64,000 bases of DNA from assembly GCF_006345805.1 (NCBI RefSeq), contig NW_021832263.1:21894-85893 (forward strand), in the 5' to 3' direction. The notes under the pieces are model-generated. The model was not told the DNA's origin. It saw only the letters and a program-made list of their open reading frames with translations, and ran no database searches. Both the position numbers and the translations under genes were made by a program. This DNA is from Octopus sinensis (lineage: Eukaryota). Each line of letters opens with the position of its first letter. Within the stretch, counting starts at the first letter, position 1. Shown here piece after piece: positions 1-13,990 of this stretch.

Positions 1-1213
1 AGTTTCCTTTATATATCCTCTTGAAGCCTTCTGATTCTGTTCCCAAGGACCCAACAATAATTGGCACTATCTTCACTTTCTTCATTTTCCATAGCCGGGC
101 TATTTCGTATTTAAGAGGGTTGGATCTATCTATCTTTTTGCCTTCCTTCTTGACTATTCGTGTGGCAAAGGGGCATGCAACATCGACTATATAGCATATG
201 TGGTGCACCTTGTCCACCATCACTAGGTCCGGTCTGTTATGCTCTAGAACCTGATCTGTTGGGATTGGGAAATCCCAGAGGATTTTACAAGTCTCCGACT
301 CCGCCACACACTGCGGTTTGTGCTCATACCACGTCTTACCTCTCTCTAGCCCCCAGTTTTCACACAGTTTCTACTGGAGCACTTTCGCCACCTGGTCGTG
401 TTGCCACACATTGTAGTGGTTTTGGGCAAGTCTAGGGCATTCTTTCGTGATATGGGCAATGGTTTCATCCACTCTATTGCAGATGCAGTACAGCGGAGAC
501 ACTTGCTCATTCTTAAGGCTGACCCTCCAGTTCGTGGCTTGGTCTTGTACGGCCAGTATAATGCTCTCGGCCTCTTTTTTAAGGTTCCTTTCATCAGCCA
601 ATACCACCTATTTTTCCAGCAACTTCTGTTGTGGTCGTATAGAATTGATTGTGTAGTTCTTGCGAAATTCTTCTTCATGTCCTTTATGTACATCTTCCTT
701 TGTTTTTCCCTTCTTTTCTCTGCTCTCAATACTCCCTCGTTCCTAAATGTCACTAACAAGGTTTCCTTACCTTAGTCTAGTTATCTTATTAAGCACTCGA
801 GTTCGATACGCACGCAGTCTACCACACTTATCAGTCCCCTTCCTCCATTTGCTCTCTTCATGTATAGGCGATCAGTGTCTGCACGTGGATGATGAGCTCC
901 ATGCATCGTTAGGAGCATTCTTGACTTCCTGCCTTTCTCCTTTAGCTCCTTCTCTCTTCAATGACAAACCATAGTACTGCGACTGCGCGCGAATTTATTG
1001 CCGAAATGTTTCATGGCATTTAGCTTTGAAGCCAATATTTTTCTCACTCGCCACAGATACTCTCTTTTTGTCTTTTCCTTCATTTTCGTGGTGTTTGATT
1101 CCATCTGTTTCAAGTATTCTCAGGCATTTATAACTGTACTGAGGTTGAATTGCCTTCATCATTTCACCACTTGACAAATTTCCTCGTCTCATCCCCATCG
1201 TAGAAACTAACAA
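1..1213 (-). mobile_element. Degraded R4/Dong-clade non-LTR retrotransposon, 3' half (RT thumb, CCHC knuckle, REL endonuclease)
   Basis: Broken minus-strand frames read YKCLRILETDGI, LKKEAESIILAVQDQA, CICNRVDETIAHITKECPRLAQNHY..HDQVAKVL, WYEHKPQ..ILWDFPIQTD..NRPD..VDVACP. These are the typical knuckle and PD-(D/E)xK motifs of REL-type LINEs. Many stops and frameshifts. Confidence 0.85.
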
Positions 1214-1215
1214 AT

Positions 1216-2320
1216 TAAAAGACCAGGAAGCATCTTAGAATTGGCACAACAAGGATGGCCTAAAAAAGAATATTGAAAGCCTAATCATCGCTGCTCAGAA
1301 TTAGGCATTGAATACCAACTCAGTGAAAATGGATATATACAACACAAGTGCAACAAACCTCTTCAGAACGTGTGGGAAGAGGGTTGAAAGCGTGACTCAC
1401 AAGGTAGCCCCAAACCTTCACTGGATTCTATGCCGGAAGTATGGATATGAGGTAACGGCTGCTTGGTACCAACATACATCGGAAAAATTAGTGGAGGTGC
1501 AATGGCCCAGTGGTTAGGGCAGCGGACTCGCGGTAGTAGGATCGCGATTTCGATTCCCAGACCGGGCGTTGTGAGTGTTTATTGAGCGAAAACACCTAAA
1601 GCTCCACGAGGCTCCGGCAGGAGATGGTGGTGATCCCTGCTGTACTCTTTCACCACAACTTTCTCTCACTCTTACTTCCTGTTTCTGTTGTACCTGTACT
1701 TCAAAGGGCCGAGCCTTGTCACTCTCTGTGTCAAGCTGAATATCCCCGAGAACTACGTTAAGGGTAAACGTGTCTGTGGAGTGCTCAGCCACTTACACGT
1801 TAATTTCACGAGCAGGCTGTTCCGTTGATTCGGATCAACCGGAACCCTCATCGTCGTAACCGACGGAGTGCTTCCACATCGGAAAATGTAATGGACGAAT
1901 GGGGAAGGCAAAAATCGTTTGGGACTTTGACTTCCAAACACACAAGGTGCTAGAGCACCGAAGGCCGGATATAATAGCCTTTAGGAGGGACAAACAAGAG
2001 TGCCTAATAATCGACGTGGCAGTGACAAGAGATCATCATATCAACATGAAAGAGAAAAGTTTGATAAATGTGGAGACCTGAGATATGGCAGCTACGAGAG
2101 TCAAACATAAAGGTTGTTCTTATTGTCATCGGAGCATTAGGTTCAATACCACCCAACCTAAAAAAAAAAAAAAAATCGGCATTACATGGAACTGCACGCA
2201 TATTCGGTAAAGTACTGGCTGTCTGAGGTCCTTGTTGTGACTTAACAGACAGCACAAACCCCCGGTAAACACAAAGTCTTCAATCAACAACATCCCTATA
2301 TTAGATGCTGTGCAACGTCT
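1216..2320 (+). mobile_element. Second R4/Dong-type LINE 3' fragment, interrupted by a SINE
   Basis: ESLIIAAQ, LHWILCRKYGY..WYQH before the SINE; IVWDFDFQTHKVLEHRRPDII..LIIDVAV after it; the 3' UTR runs into (TAA)n at 2321. Confidence 0.85.
1491..1875 (+). mobile_element. tRNA-derived SINE (SINE-C, tail type 1) with 15-bp target-site duplication
   Basis: A box TGGCCCAGTGG and B box TTCGATTCC. Flanks ACATCGGAAAAATTA (1476-1490) and ACATCGGAAAATGTA (1876-1890). Near-identical copy at 51014-51400. Confidence 0.9.
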
Positions 2321-2867
<547 letters not shown>

Positions 2868-3467
2868 TTGCTGTTACTGCTGAAAGAAATTACAAGAAAA
2901 GAGGAAAATAACGGTTGTACATGTTTTGTGATTAACCATGTGTGAATGGGTATAGAATTTCATATTTACTACGAGTGTGTAATATCATATTGGTCATGAG
3001 TGTATTTTAATGGTTATAATTGCAACATCATTGTGTTGTCATGTGTATTGACTATAAATATGAATATGATATACCACTGTCAATGTGTATGTAATTTTGT
3101 AAAGAGTGCAGAATATCATGTTGGATACTGGCCGTGAAAATAATATCTGATTGACTGTTTATTTTTATGACGCAGTCACAAGAGGAATGGAAACAGAACC
3201 GTAAAATTTTGTAAGGTCTCTAAGATTTGTGGGAGTTGGGGGGGGAAGAGACGAAGAAATCGTGACTCATACATTTGCAGCAGTAGGAAGTGATACATCA
3301 GGAATATGGAATAATCTGCAAGACTGGAAACATGGACAGGCCAACAGAATGCACTCTGGCATAGAGGCAATTAGGAGTCGATTTAGAGATAGGGGTGGCG
3401 GCAGCGGATATACACAACATATATATATATATGTATGTATATACACGCACGTACACACGCCCACATA

Positions 3468-4005
3468 CGAGGTCTGATCAAATGTATCGGGACTGTTGCT
3501 ATGGTAACGGAGCTTGAAATATGCAAAGCGAAGCTGCTTTGCACAGATTGACCTTGGATTCTGTAGCGTAAGCACACAGTTATGACGTTCTCGCTCACTT
3601 CCGTTGTTTATAGAAGTGCGAGGTCGGGAGAGTAAAGAGGAAGAGGAAGAGGAAGGATTTCATTACCGCAGGAGTGTGCTTTCATCTGAGCAACATGCGC
3701 ATTCTAAACTGGGACGTTGTCTTGGAGGAAGACAGACACTTTTAGTCAGCATGTCGCGCCTCTCCACTTTGATGGCATCCCGAAATTTCTGCAGCAGAGA
3801 AGTATAATATGCCCCTTTAATTGTGGTGTCTTTTGCCAGAAAATCCATAATCCCTATTCCCCGCTGGTCCCAAAAGACTGAGCATCACCTTGCCTGCTAA
3901 GGGTTCGACACGAGCCTTCTTTGGAGTTGGTGAGTTATCATGCTTCTGTTGACACTACTGGACTTCAGTCTCGGGATCATAATGATGGACCCATGTATCA
4001 TCCTA
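3468..4005 (-). mobile_element. Mariner (Tc1/mariner) transposase fragment with one terminus
   Basis: Minus strand reads DTWVHHYDPETEVQ, FWDQRG..MDFLAKDTTIKGAYYTSLLQKFRDAIK, LQDNVP and YSPDL. The terminus TA|CGAGGTCTGATCAAAA is at 3466-3483. Internally deleted. Confidence 0.88.
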
Positions 4006-5284
4006 TATGATAAAAGTCCTCCTTGTTTTCTCTCTGTTTATTGCCTCGTTTTCACCGCTAAAATATGGTGTTTGCTAGTTTAGCCCACGTGGTGGAAGGG
4101 GAGAGCAGGAATTCTTCGCTTGCATATTTTGAATTTGTTGGCACTGTCAGTTTGACGGGTCATCTGAGGTGTTAAGTCGCCAAAAGGGTAGGTTTCCTAC
4201 TTTCAGTGTTTCCAAATCCAAATTAAGAAATTTTGGGCTGACGAAAGAAATGTCGAATTTTATTTGGCTGATCTAGAAACGTAACGTTCTCAAATAATCT
4301 TTGCACTTGTGATTTTTTAATGTTTTTTTACCCCCATACCTTCGTGGGTTATTCTGAGTAAACACTATCTGAGAGAAACTTTCTTTAAGTATTAGAAATA
4401 GCTAAAAAAACTTTTTTGGCTGCTATTTCTAATGAGTTCAGTATGTGGCAAAGTAATTTATTTTACTAAGCCCTTTTATATAATGTAATATATATATATA
4501 TATATATATAAGTAGAGAGTAATATAAAAACATTACGAAGGATAATATTGTAATGATTATTGTAATAAATAATTAAGATTATTTATGAATATATCAATGG
4601 TCAAACATGTTATCATAAAAAATAAAGAAAAAAAGCTTTATAAATATGAGCAAGTCACAATTATAACCAAGCGGGTTAAGAACCCCTTACAGTTAAAAAT
4701 AGCAGCCAATACTGCTATATTTCTCCTCACGATAAAAATTTACCATGTCTTCGGGTGACAATGGTAAATAGAATCTACAACTTGAAAACAATTGGTTAAT
4801 TCCCTATTGCGATTTCGGCGTTAGGGATCACTTAAGGGACCCATTCGCCTCGTCAGTGGAAATATTCCTACAGAGAGAAATCAAAACAAGACTTTACCTT
4901 GGGGCTAGAATGAATCCCGACCGGCAATAGAAACGTTTTCACCTCTATCTACACAATCTATGCCTGTATGTGTGTGTGTGTGTGTGTGAGTGTGTGTGTA
5001 AAAGCATATTATTAAATTGATTTCTAACGAAGGCAGCAAAAAACACACATTTGAGGAATAAATAAGAGTTGTTTAGACCACGGTAATTCTGGCGGGATTT
5101 GAACTCAAAATGTAAAGGGCCGTAACTAAATACTATCATATATTTTGTTTGTCAGTCTATTGATTCTGTTAGTTCTCCACATTCTCTATATATTGTAATA
5201 TGCTACAGTAAGATTTTATTTTACGATATGAATTATGTATGTTGTTCATATACTATGTCTGTTCAATCCTATGTTGACTGCATG

Positions 5285-5974
5285 TGTAGAGAATTGAGGA
5301 CGATGTCTCTTGCTGCTGACACAGGCGGATCATCAGCACTACTTCACATCTCATCTATGTTTCGGCCTTTTAAATACATCTCCATTTGATTGGTCGGTGT
5401 CACATTCCGTATTGCTTACAAACTTCTCAGCATGAACCAGCCTCTGCTGCCCAAAGAATCAGCTTCATCTACACTTCCACTTCACGTCCAAACACTGCCA
5501 AAACCAGAATCCATCTCTTGAACGCAAACCTCCCGATGCTTCTACACTCGACCTCCCTCGTTCACAGCTCCACTCTCCGTCCATTTTCTTTGCACTCTTC
5601 TATTAACTTTGTCTATTTTCCCGCACCGTCTTTCTACCTCTCGCTTCTTTCATTTTCGTTTCTACATTTCTGACAAATCTATGATGATTACACAGCCTTG
5701 AGTCCTTGACACAAGAACTAGATCAGGTTCGTTGTTGAGACCCAGGTTTCATATGTGGTGTCTCTCATATCTGATGGCATCGTCTGCTTCCTTTCCCCGT
5801 CTACGAACATCTAATCATCTGCTGCTGCTAACATCCAACGAGCACCAAAGGACACTATATTCATACAAATTATCAGAACTTATATTTGTGCAAATTTAAT
5901 GTCTTATATGATATTAGCTCTGTGTATTATAATATTGGCAATGGGTGTGTGAAGTTAATATCTCGTAGGCTACA
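5285..5974. mobile_element. Possible solo LTR
   Basis: ~690-bp segment more GC-rich than its flanks, bounded by TGTAG...CTACA. No convincing target-site duplication. Confidence 0.3.
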
Positions 5975-6039
5975 TGTTTCTCATATTCTGTATTACTATG
6001 CATATATAATATATATTTGGCTAAGTATAATATCTTAAC

Positions 6040-6177
6040 CGTAATATATATATATATATATATATATAATTAATTAATAAGGGTGAGAGAATTAGATACT
6101 AATTTATAGTATATCTATTCTACACCAAGTGGCCTAGTGCTCCGAGAAACCTGGATTATTATAATATTTTATAATAT

Positions 6178-6216
<39 letters not shown>

Positions 6217-6362
6217 TACATATATATATATATGTACATATATTTATATATACATATATATATATATATCATATATGTACATATATATATGTATGTTATA
6301 TATATATATATTATATATACATATATATATATACATATATGTACATATATATATGTATGTTA

Positions 6363-6408
<46 letters not shown>

Positions 6409-6503
6409 ATATATACACATATATATATATATATATATTATATATGTATGTATGCATGTATACATAACATAAAACACACATACATACATACATCATACAT
6501 ACA

Positions 6504-6534
<31 letters not shown>

Positions 6535-6612
6535 TATATATTGCGTGTGTGTGTGTGTGTTGTGTTGTGTGTGTGTGTGTGTGTTGCGTGTGTGTGTGTG
6601 AGTGTGTGTGTG
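6040..6612. repeat. Composite (TA)n/(CATA)n/(TG)n microsatellite
   Basis: Directly visible. Confidence 0.95.
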
Positions 6613-7064
6613 ACTAAGTGTGTGAAATCAAATTGGATAAGAATGCATAATGTAATGGTTTCTAATTTGAAATAATAATGGTTTGGCGATGTAACATCTT
6701 ATCTCTAGTGAAATATTGAACGGAAATATCATGACTAATATCGTATTAGCGATGCATAGATTAATCTATTTTGACACGATTACTTTACACAGCTAAGCAT
6801 TTACGAGGTATCTTTCACAGAGACTCCACGATGGCGTTCGTCTTTGTTAGGATAACAGCCAAATCTCCCTCAAGTCACATATTACCATCTTTAAGAAAAA
6901 GGTAAAGAAACTGTTCATGTAATCTTAGATACATTCTAATGGTTAGAGCTAGAATGTCTTTGAGCAGTGATCGATCCGAGTTGACTTGGGGTTTAACAGC
7001 AACACAATACAAAGGTACTTCAATGCCCTTGATGTGTAACTTTTTCACACACACATTAGAATAA

Positions 7065-7472
<408 letters not shown>

Positions 7473-9091
7473 TGCGTATCTTGTTGATTTTGAAGACCTA
7501 TGATAAAAGATGCTTCAATCCTGACCATTCCTTTTTCTTCTCGACACAGTAAATCTTAGAACTGCATTATTTAATGCGTGCTTTTCTCTTCTGTTTTTTT
7601 AAAAAAAAAATGGCTGGATTTGACGGAGATTCCTTTGCCGTTTCTTGCAAACCAAAGAGCTTTATAGATAGCCTATAGTGGTAGTGTTGATGTTAATCAC
7701 AGAGATTATTGCAGTTTGTGCTGAGGTGTTTTTTTCAATTCTAGATCAACCCTAATGCAGCACGCGTATACTCAAACACGCTCCAGCCGTCACCGTCAAA
7801 CCCGCAGCCAGTTTCAAAAACTGACCGAAGCAAAACGTTAAGGAGCGACACTTACATACAGGCCCATAAAGACCCTAAGCACTCACAAGATTTTAGTGCC
7901 TCCATATATATGTAATTCAAGATGTACTCAATAATAAACCATAAAATATTTTCTATTTTTCAAAGTGAAACAAAACTAACAATAAGATGGAAAATAATGT
8001 TTATTTTTGTATCCTTCCACTTTATTTATATTTTAAAAGTTTTCGCCTTATTTTTAATTGCATTCACTTTTCATTCTTATTTATTAATTGGTTAACTGTT
8101 TAACCAATTAACTAATTGATTGAAACAGACAGACAAACCTGAAACAGACCTGGATAGGAAGGTAAAAAAAGTCATGTCAACAGCAAAGTCGTGGATGACA
8201 ACGAAAGGTCCTTGACAAACCTGGCTGATTGACTGATCGACCGAGCGATTGATCAAGCATTCGATTACTTAATTGTTGAGTGGTTAAGCGACGAATAACA
8301 GATAAAACTGAAGAAGTGAAACATAACTAGTGCGTGTGTTTATTACTGGCATACTCATCCTCCTGACATACAACAGAATATGCTTCAACACGCGAGTTCG
8401 CATCAAGAATCTTGCAAACCAAATACAAAAAGCAAAATATTTCATGAATATTTAACTGTTCGGGATTTCTTCCCCCGGCGCACGGTTGATCCTCATCATC
8501 ATCGCTATACAGAGAACGATAATTAATTTTTATCGAATCAAGTGGTAGAGAATATAAGGAGCCATAACAATACGAGAATGTTTAGGAGGAAAGATTTGGA
8601 TCTGTGTAAACTAGTAGACAACTTTTTTTGGAAATTGTTCCAAATTTATTGGGCTTGTAACACTGGACATCAAGTTAAGAGGAAGACTTCGTTTTAGTAA
8701 AGTGTATGATCGTTTTACGGCTTATTCAAACCTGACTGGTTAAGCAAAACAATATGCACGATGCGATTCCGTGCGGTTGCCAGATTACCATATTCCACTT
8801 ACAAAGTATTGAATTACCCAGAAGCTATTTGGTCGAACCCGGAACCACGTCGTTGCAAAGGAAAGTTCTTTCCCATTGATTTGCACACAGACTAAATTAT
8901 ACAATGTTCCTGATGTTCCTTATTTGTAAACAAGAATCAGAATGTCCTGTCCTTTCTATAAACATGTCAATTAATTTTGATTAATTCACAACTTCTTGAA
9001 ATTATCTCCCTTCCTTTCGAGTTGCGCTAAAAATGTCTTGCTCTGACTGGAAGGCAAATTTCAGTCATATACATGTGTATGTATACGTCTA

Positions 9092-9117
9092 TCTATCTAT
9101 CATACATACATACATAG

Positions 9118-9209
<92 letters not shown>

Positions 9210-9230
9210 TTGTCTGTCTGTCTGTCTGGC
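9092..9230. repeat. (TCTA)n/(TCTG)n microsatellite
   Basis: Directly visible. Confidence 0.95.
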
Positions 9231-9517
9231 TAGCGGCTGGCTCAGTGACTTAGAATTTTGCTTCTCAATTACAAGGTCCTGGGTTTGATCCCACTGCTAT
9301 AGTAAAGTGCTTTTACCATAGTTCGATCGACAGGAGCCTTGTGAGCGAATGTGAGTAGACAGAAACCTGTCGGACTGACAACAATGTATAACTCTGATTC
9401 TACATGAGAAATGTGTTCACAGAGTGGAATACCGAGTCACGGGAATTCACCGATCGTGTTGTTCAATGGATCGAACTACTGGACGCTCGCACGACGTCTA
9501 AATTGACGCAAAGTGCA

Positions 9518-9554
<37 letters not shown>

Positions 9555-9678
9555 ACACACACATAGATGCGATATGGTTTCCAACAATCTTTTGACTCGG
9601 CTTTCGACTCTAAAGCTTTGTTAATATTATGCGTGTAAATGACGCAAGAGACGGTGCAGATTGTAAAGGCGTGTGTGT

Positions 9679-9716
<38 letters not shown>

Positions 9717-10084
9717 ATATAATATAATATATATATATATATTATTAGAGTGGTAGTCCCCTTCATCCCACCATATAAAATAACTTTAATTTAATACTCA
9801 CTACTCATTTCTCAGCAACACGTGTTTCTTGGGGTTCTTTTACGGTTCCTTAATCACGCCGTGTTTTACAGGAACCTTTCTTAATATGTAAATCCAATCA
9901 TCAAGCCTCTAAATAACTTTATCATAGTTCGATACCAAAAACTATATTTTAATTTTAACAAATAACATATAAGATGAAGGGGACTACTATCTCTAAATAA
10001 AAATATATTTCCTCATTGAGAATAATTTGAACCCCTGGGATGCCGGAATTTTTATTCCCTAATAAATATAATAAAATTATATAT

Positions 10085-10129
<45 letters not shown>

Positions 10130-10294
10130 AACCCCACTAGAATGGGAGAAAGCGCTATTATATGATATATGATATAAGTTATATGATGCATAAAAACATG
10201 TAATATACAATAAATATCTGTAAATATAAAATCATCGAATTTCTAAGTACCTCATTTCTTCTAATATAAAATACCTGTGCATCATCTCCAAACC

Positions 10295-10348
<54 letters not shown>

Positions 10349-10786
10349 AAATAGATAATGGAGGAATAGATTTCTTTCAATCATCAACTACTAGATAATA
10401 CCAATTCATATAATTTATTAACTAATTATCTAGGTACGTCCAGATCAAACAGAGAATTTGAGGTAAAACATTTTACCTTCGCCCAGATAATACATAAATG
10501 AATTAATTGCATTGCAATTCTTAGCATTTATGTATTAGCCTTTCTGGGTACTTTACTGGCAGTATATTGGATAAATGATATCCCGTAGTGGGTTACACTC
10601 ATAAACCTTATCTCACTTTGTTTTATATATATACATAAATATAAATATATATATATACACACACATACATATATAAACATACATATACATACACACACAC
10701 ACATATCTATGTATATATATATATGTATATGTATATGCGTGTTCGCGCGCGTATATGTATAAGTAGTATATGTATGTAGTACTTAC

Positions 10787-11144
10787 CTATCATGGAAGGT
10801 AATCGAAGGAAGGTGACCAGTTTTCCAGCAAGTGCTGCAGCAGTGTATAACACAATGAGGGAGAATACATTAGAACCAGGTAATGCCTGTTGTGGTGAAA
10901 TAGCCAAACAGACGAGCCACAGTGCTGCAAGGGATATGATGTAGGAGAGCCAGCGAGCGAGTTCACCGTGCGGAGGGCACAAGAAGGCGTACTTGAGCCG
11001 GAGACGAAAACTTTCGGATCTATCTGGTCGTCGATGATATTTCGTTTGGAAAGGTTTACTGCAGTTGCTGGTCAGCTGGCTAAATCGATTCCATTTGGAA
11101 GGAATCATCTCCTCGGTGTCACCTCCGGCGGGGAAGGTTTCCAT
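10787..11144 (-). CDS. SLC9B2: N-terminal coding exon of an SLC9B/NHA-family Na+/H+ antiporter (119 codons plus 1 nt)
   Basis: METFP...KYAFLCPPHGELARWLSYIISLAALWLVCLAISPQQALPGSNVFSLIVLYTAAALAGKLVTFLRLPSMI-G matches the SLC9B signature CPPHG...W...LPGGNxF...LPxLxG. ATG is in GCG-ATG-G context; the exon ends at a canonical phase-1 donor ATAG|GTAAGT (10787/10786). Symbol means SLC9B2-like; orthology is not resolved. Confidence 0.88.
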
Positions 11145-11290
11145 CGCGTAGAGGAAACGGAAATAAAATCTGATATAACTTGGTTGCAAAAGAGAGAAGT
11201 TTGTGGTGATGATGGTGGTGGTGGTAGTGTCGCTGCAGGAGGAGGAGGAGGAGAGAGATAGAGAGAGGAGGGAGAGAAAAGTTAAGTTCG
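11145..11290 (-). promoter_or_regulatory. Splice acceptor and 88-nt leader of the SLC9B exon
   Basis: Minus strand shows branch-like CTTAAC, a ~45-nt pyrimidine tract and CAG|CGACAC, so the exon starts at 11232. The 88 nt before the ATG have no in-frame stop and could be UTR or coding. Confidence 0.7.
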
Positions 11291-12038
11291 ATACAATTTT
11301 CCTGTCGGCAGACGAGACAGGTATTCCTGCTACTTAAGAGTTGAAGCATTTCAAAGTTCTGTGCCTCTCTTTCCCCCAACTCCCTTTAACCTAATTTCCC
11401 CTCTCTTTCTATATATCTCTCTCTCTACCCCGCTCTCTCTCTCTCTCAACCTATCTCTTTACCTATGTCTCTCTTATCCCACTCTTTCAACTTAACTCCC
11501 CCTCTATCTCTTAATCTTTCTCCCTCCCCACTTCCTCAGACTAACTCCTTTCTCTCCTACTTCTCTTTTTTCTCCCACTCTCTCAAACTATCTTTTTCTC
11601 CCTCTCTCTCTCTCTCTCTCCTTTCCTCACTCTCTCAACTAAACGTTTTACTCCTTCCTACTTTTTCCCCTCTTCCTATCACTCCTACCATCTCAATATA
11701 ATTTCCTCTCCCCGCTTCCACTCTCTTTGTCTCCCACCTGTTGCGTCGTTCTAAACCTTGCATTAAAGTTGACCTCCACGCCGCTGCATCTTAAACGAAG
11801 ATTTCAGTGAAAACCACCACGGCACAATGTCGGTTAGTTATTCAGTTAGCAAAACTTGTGTATGTGTGCCTATTTCTATCAGTATATCTATGAGTATATG
11901 TCCGTGTAAGCGTGTGGATATGTGTGTCAATCAACGCACCTATATTTGCTTATGAGTTTGCGTGCGTAATTGTATAGTATAAATTAGTATAAATTATTTA
12001 CTATAAATATTTGCATGTGGTCACGATTTAGCGCTGGG

Positions 12039-12608
12039 GTCGGTCCTTATTGAGCAGATGTATGATACTGCCCTTAAATCAGCGCCTGTGATTATGCAGA
12101 CAGTGAGAAGGGTCTCATGGAGGGCAATTTGATTGCTATTTCTAGCAGACCGAATGACCACTGAATAATCTCAGTAAACTTGAGCGCGTATTTTCATCCT
12201 TTCGGGGTCGATAAATAAAGTACCAGTTTCGGACTGGAGTCGATGTAATCGACTTAATCCCTTTGTCTGTCCTTGTTTGCCCCTCTATGTTTAGCTCCTT
12301 GTGGGTAATAAAGAAATATGGAGAAATATGGAGTCGGTCCTTATTGAGCAGATGTATGATACTGCCCGTTAATCAGCGCCTGTGATTATGCAGACAGTGT
12401 GGAGGGTCCGATGGAGGGCAATTTGATTGCTATTTCTAGCAGTCCGAATGACCACTGAATAATCTCAGTAAACTTGAGCGCGAATTTTCATCCTTTCGGG
12501 GTCGATAAATAAAGCACCAGTTTCGGACTGGAGTCGATGTAATCGACTTAATCCCTTTGTCTGTCCTTGTTTGTCCCCTCTGTGTTTAGCTCCTTGTGGG
12601 TAATAAAG
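12039..12608 (+). repeat. Direct tandem duplication of a 294-bp unit ending in the 3' half of SINE-A
   Basis: GTCGGTCCTTATTGAGCAGATG starts at 12039 and 12333; both units end TAAAGAAATAT. Confidence 0.93.
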
Positions 12609-13215
12609 AAATATATATGTATACGTATGTACTTCTCTACGTCCTACATGTAGGCATGGTGTATGTATGTATGTATGTATGTATGCATGCATGTATGTAT
12701 ATATGTATATATGTAAGCGTGTATGCATGTATGAATATGTATGTGTACGAGCGTACATGTCCGTGTGTATGTACATAGTATATGTGTTGGTGTGTGCACA
12801 TAGGGGTGTTTACGATTAACTGCGAATGTTCCGTGTACATACATATGTGTGTATGAGTGCTTCTTACGGAGCAGACGGAATTAATTAACGGGTAGACCTG
12901 TTAGACACCGAGTTTAGCAGTCTGGGTGGCCTGGATTGGTATTAGTGGCCGGTGGTGAGTTCGGAGGGGGAGTGGGCATGAGTGGTGCGTGCCGGTGGAC
13001 TAAGGTAGAGAGTGTTGTGGTGACTGGGAGTGAGATGACGAAACTGTCAATGGCTGCAGCAATGAAGACGACGACGATGACAACAACAACAGCAACAATA
13101 ATAATAATTACGTCAACAGTAGCACAAGTCTAATGACAATATTAACACAAGAAGCAGCAATTACAACAACAAGAATATGACATCGTCATTTGCAGGTAAT
13201 TACAGCAACAATACC

Positions 13216-13990
13216 TATTTCTTTATTGCCCACAAGGGGCTAAACACAGAGAGGACAAACAAGGACAGACAAACGGATTAAGTCGATTATATCGACCCCA
13301 GTGCGTAACTGGTACTTAATTCATCGACCCCGAAAGGATGAAAGGCAAAGTTGACCTCGGCGGAATTTTGAACCCAGAACGTAACGGCAGACGAAATACC
13401 TATTTCTTTACTACCCACAAGGGGCTAAACACAGAGAGGACAAACAAGGACAGACAAACGGATTAAGTCAATTACATCCACCCCAGTGCGTAACTGGTAC
13501 TTATTTAATCGACCCCCGAAAGGATGAAAGGCAAAGTCGACCTCGGCGGAATTTGAACTCAGAACGTAGCGGCAGACGAAATACCTATTTCTTTACAACC
13601 CAAAAGGGGCTAAACATAGAGGGGACAAACAAGGACAGACAAACGGATTAAGTCGATTATATCGACCCCAGTGCGTAACTGGTACTTAATTTATCGACCC
13701 CGAAAGGATGAAAGGTAAATTCGACCTCGGCGGAATTTGAACTCAGAACGTAAAGACTGATGAAATACCTATTTCTTTACTACCCAAAAGGGGCTAAACA
13801 CAGAGAGGACAAACAAAGACAGACAAACGGATTAAGACGATTACATCGACCCCAGTGCGTAACTGGTACTTAATTTATCGACCCCCGAAAGGATGAAAGG
13901 CAAAGTCGACCTCGGTGGAATTTGAACCCAGAACGTAACTGCAGACGAAATACCGCTAAGCATTTCGCCCGGCGCGCTAACGTTTCTGCC
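13216..13990 (-). mobile_element. SINE-A head-to-tail tetramer
   Basis: Units begin at 13216, 13401, 13586 and 13770 (period 184-185 bp); only the unit at 13770-13990 has the head. Confidence 0.92.

Noticed and set aside
1-2320. Twin-priming inversion of a single LINE
   Set aside because: Both arms encode the same ESxIxAxQ region with different sequences, so they are two separate copies.
4238-4290. Hammerhead-like CTGACGA...GAAACGTAACGTT
   Set aside because: Stem II has only about 2 bp and there is no clear stem I; it could be chance or a very decayed Penelope end.
9955-10191. Next SLC9B exon near NSGIPGVQ
   Set aside because: The phase-1 frame from the nearest AG hits a stop, and the peptide lacks the expected GMLxxG/NxP pattern.
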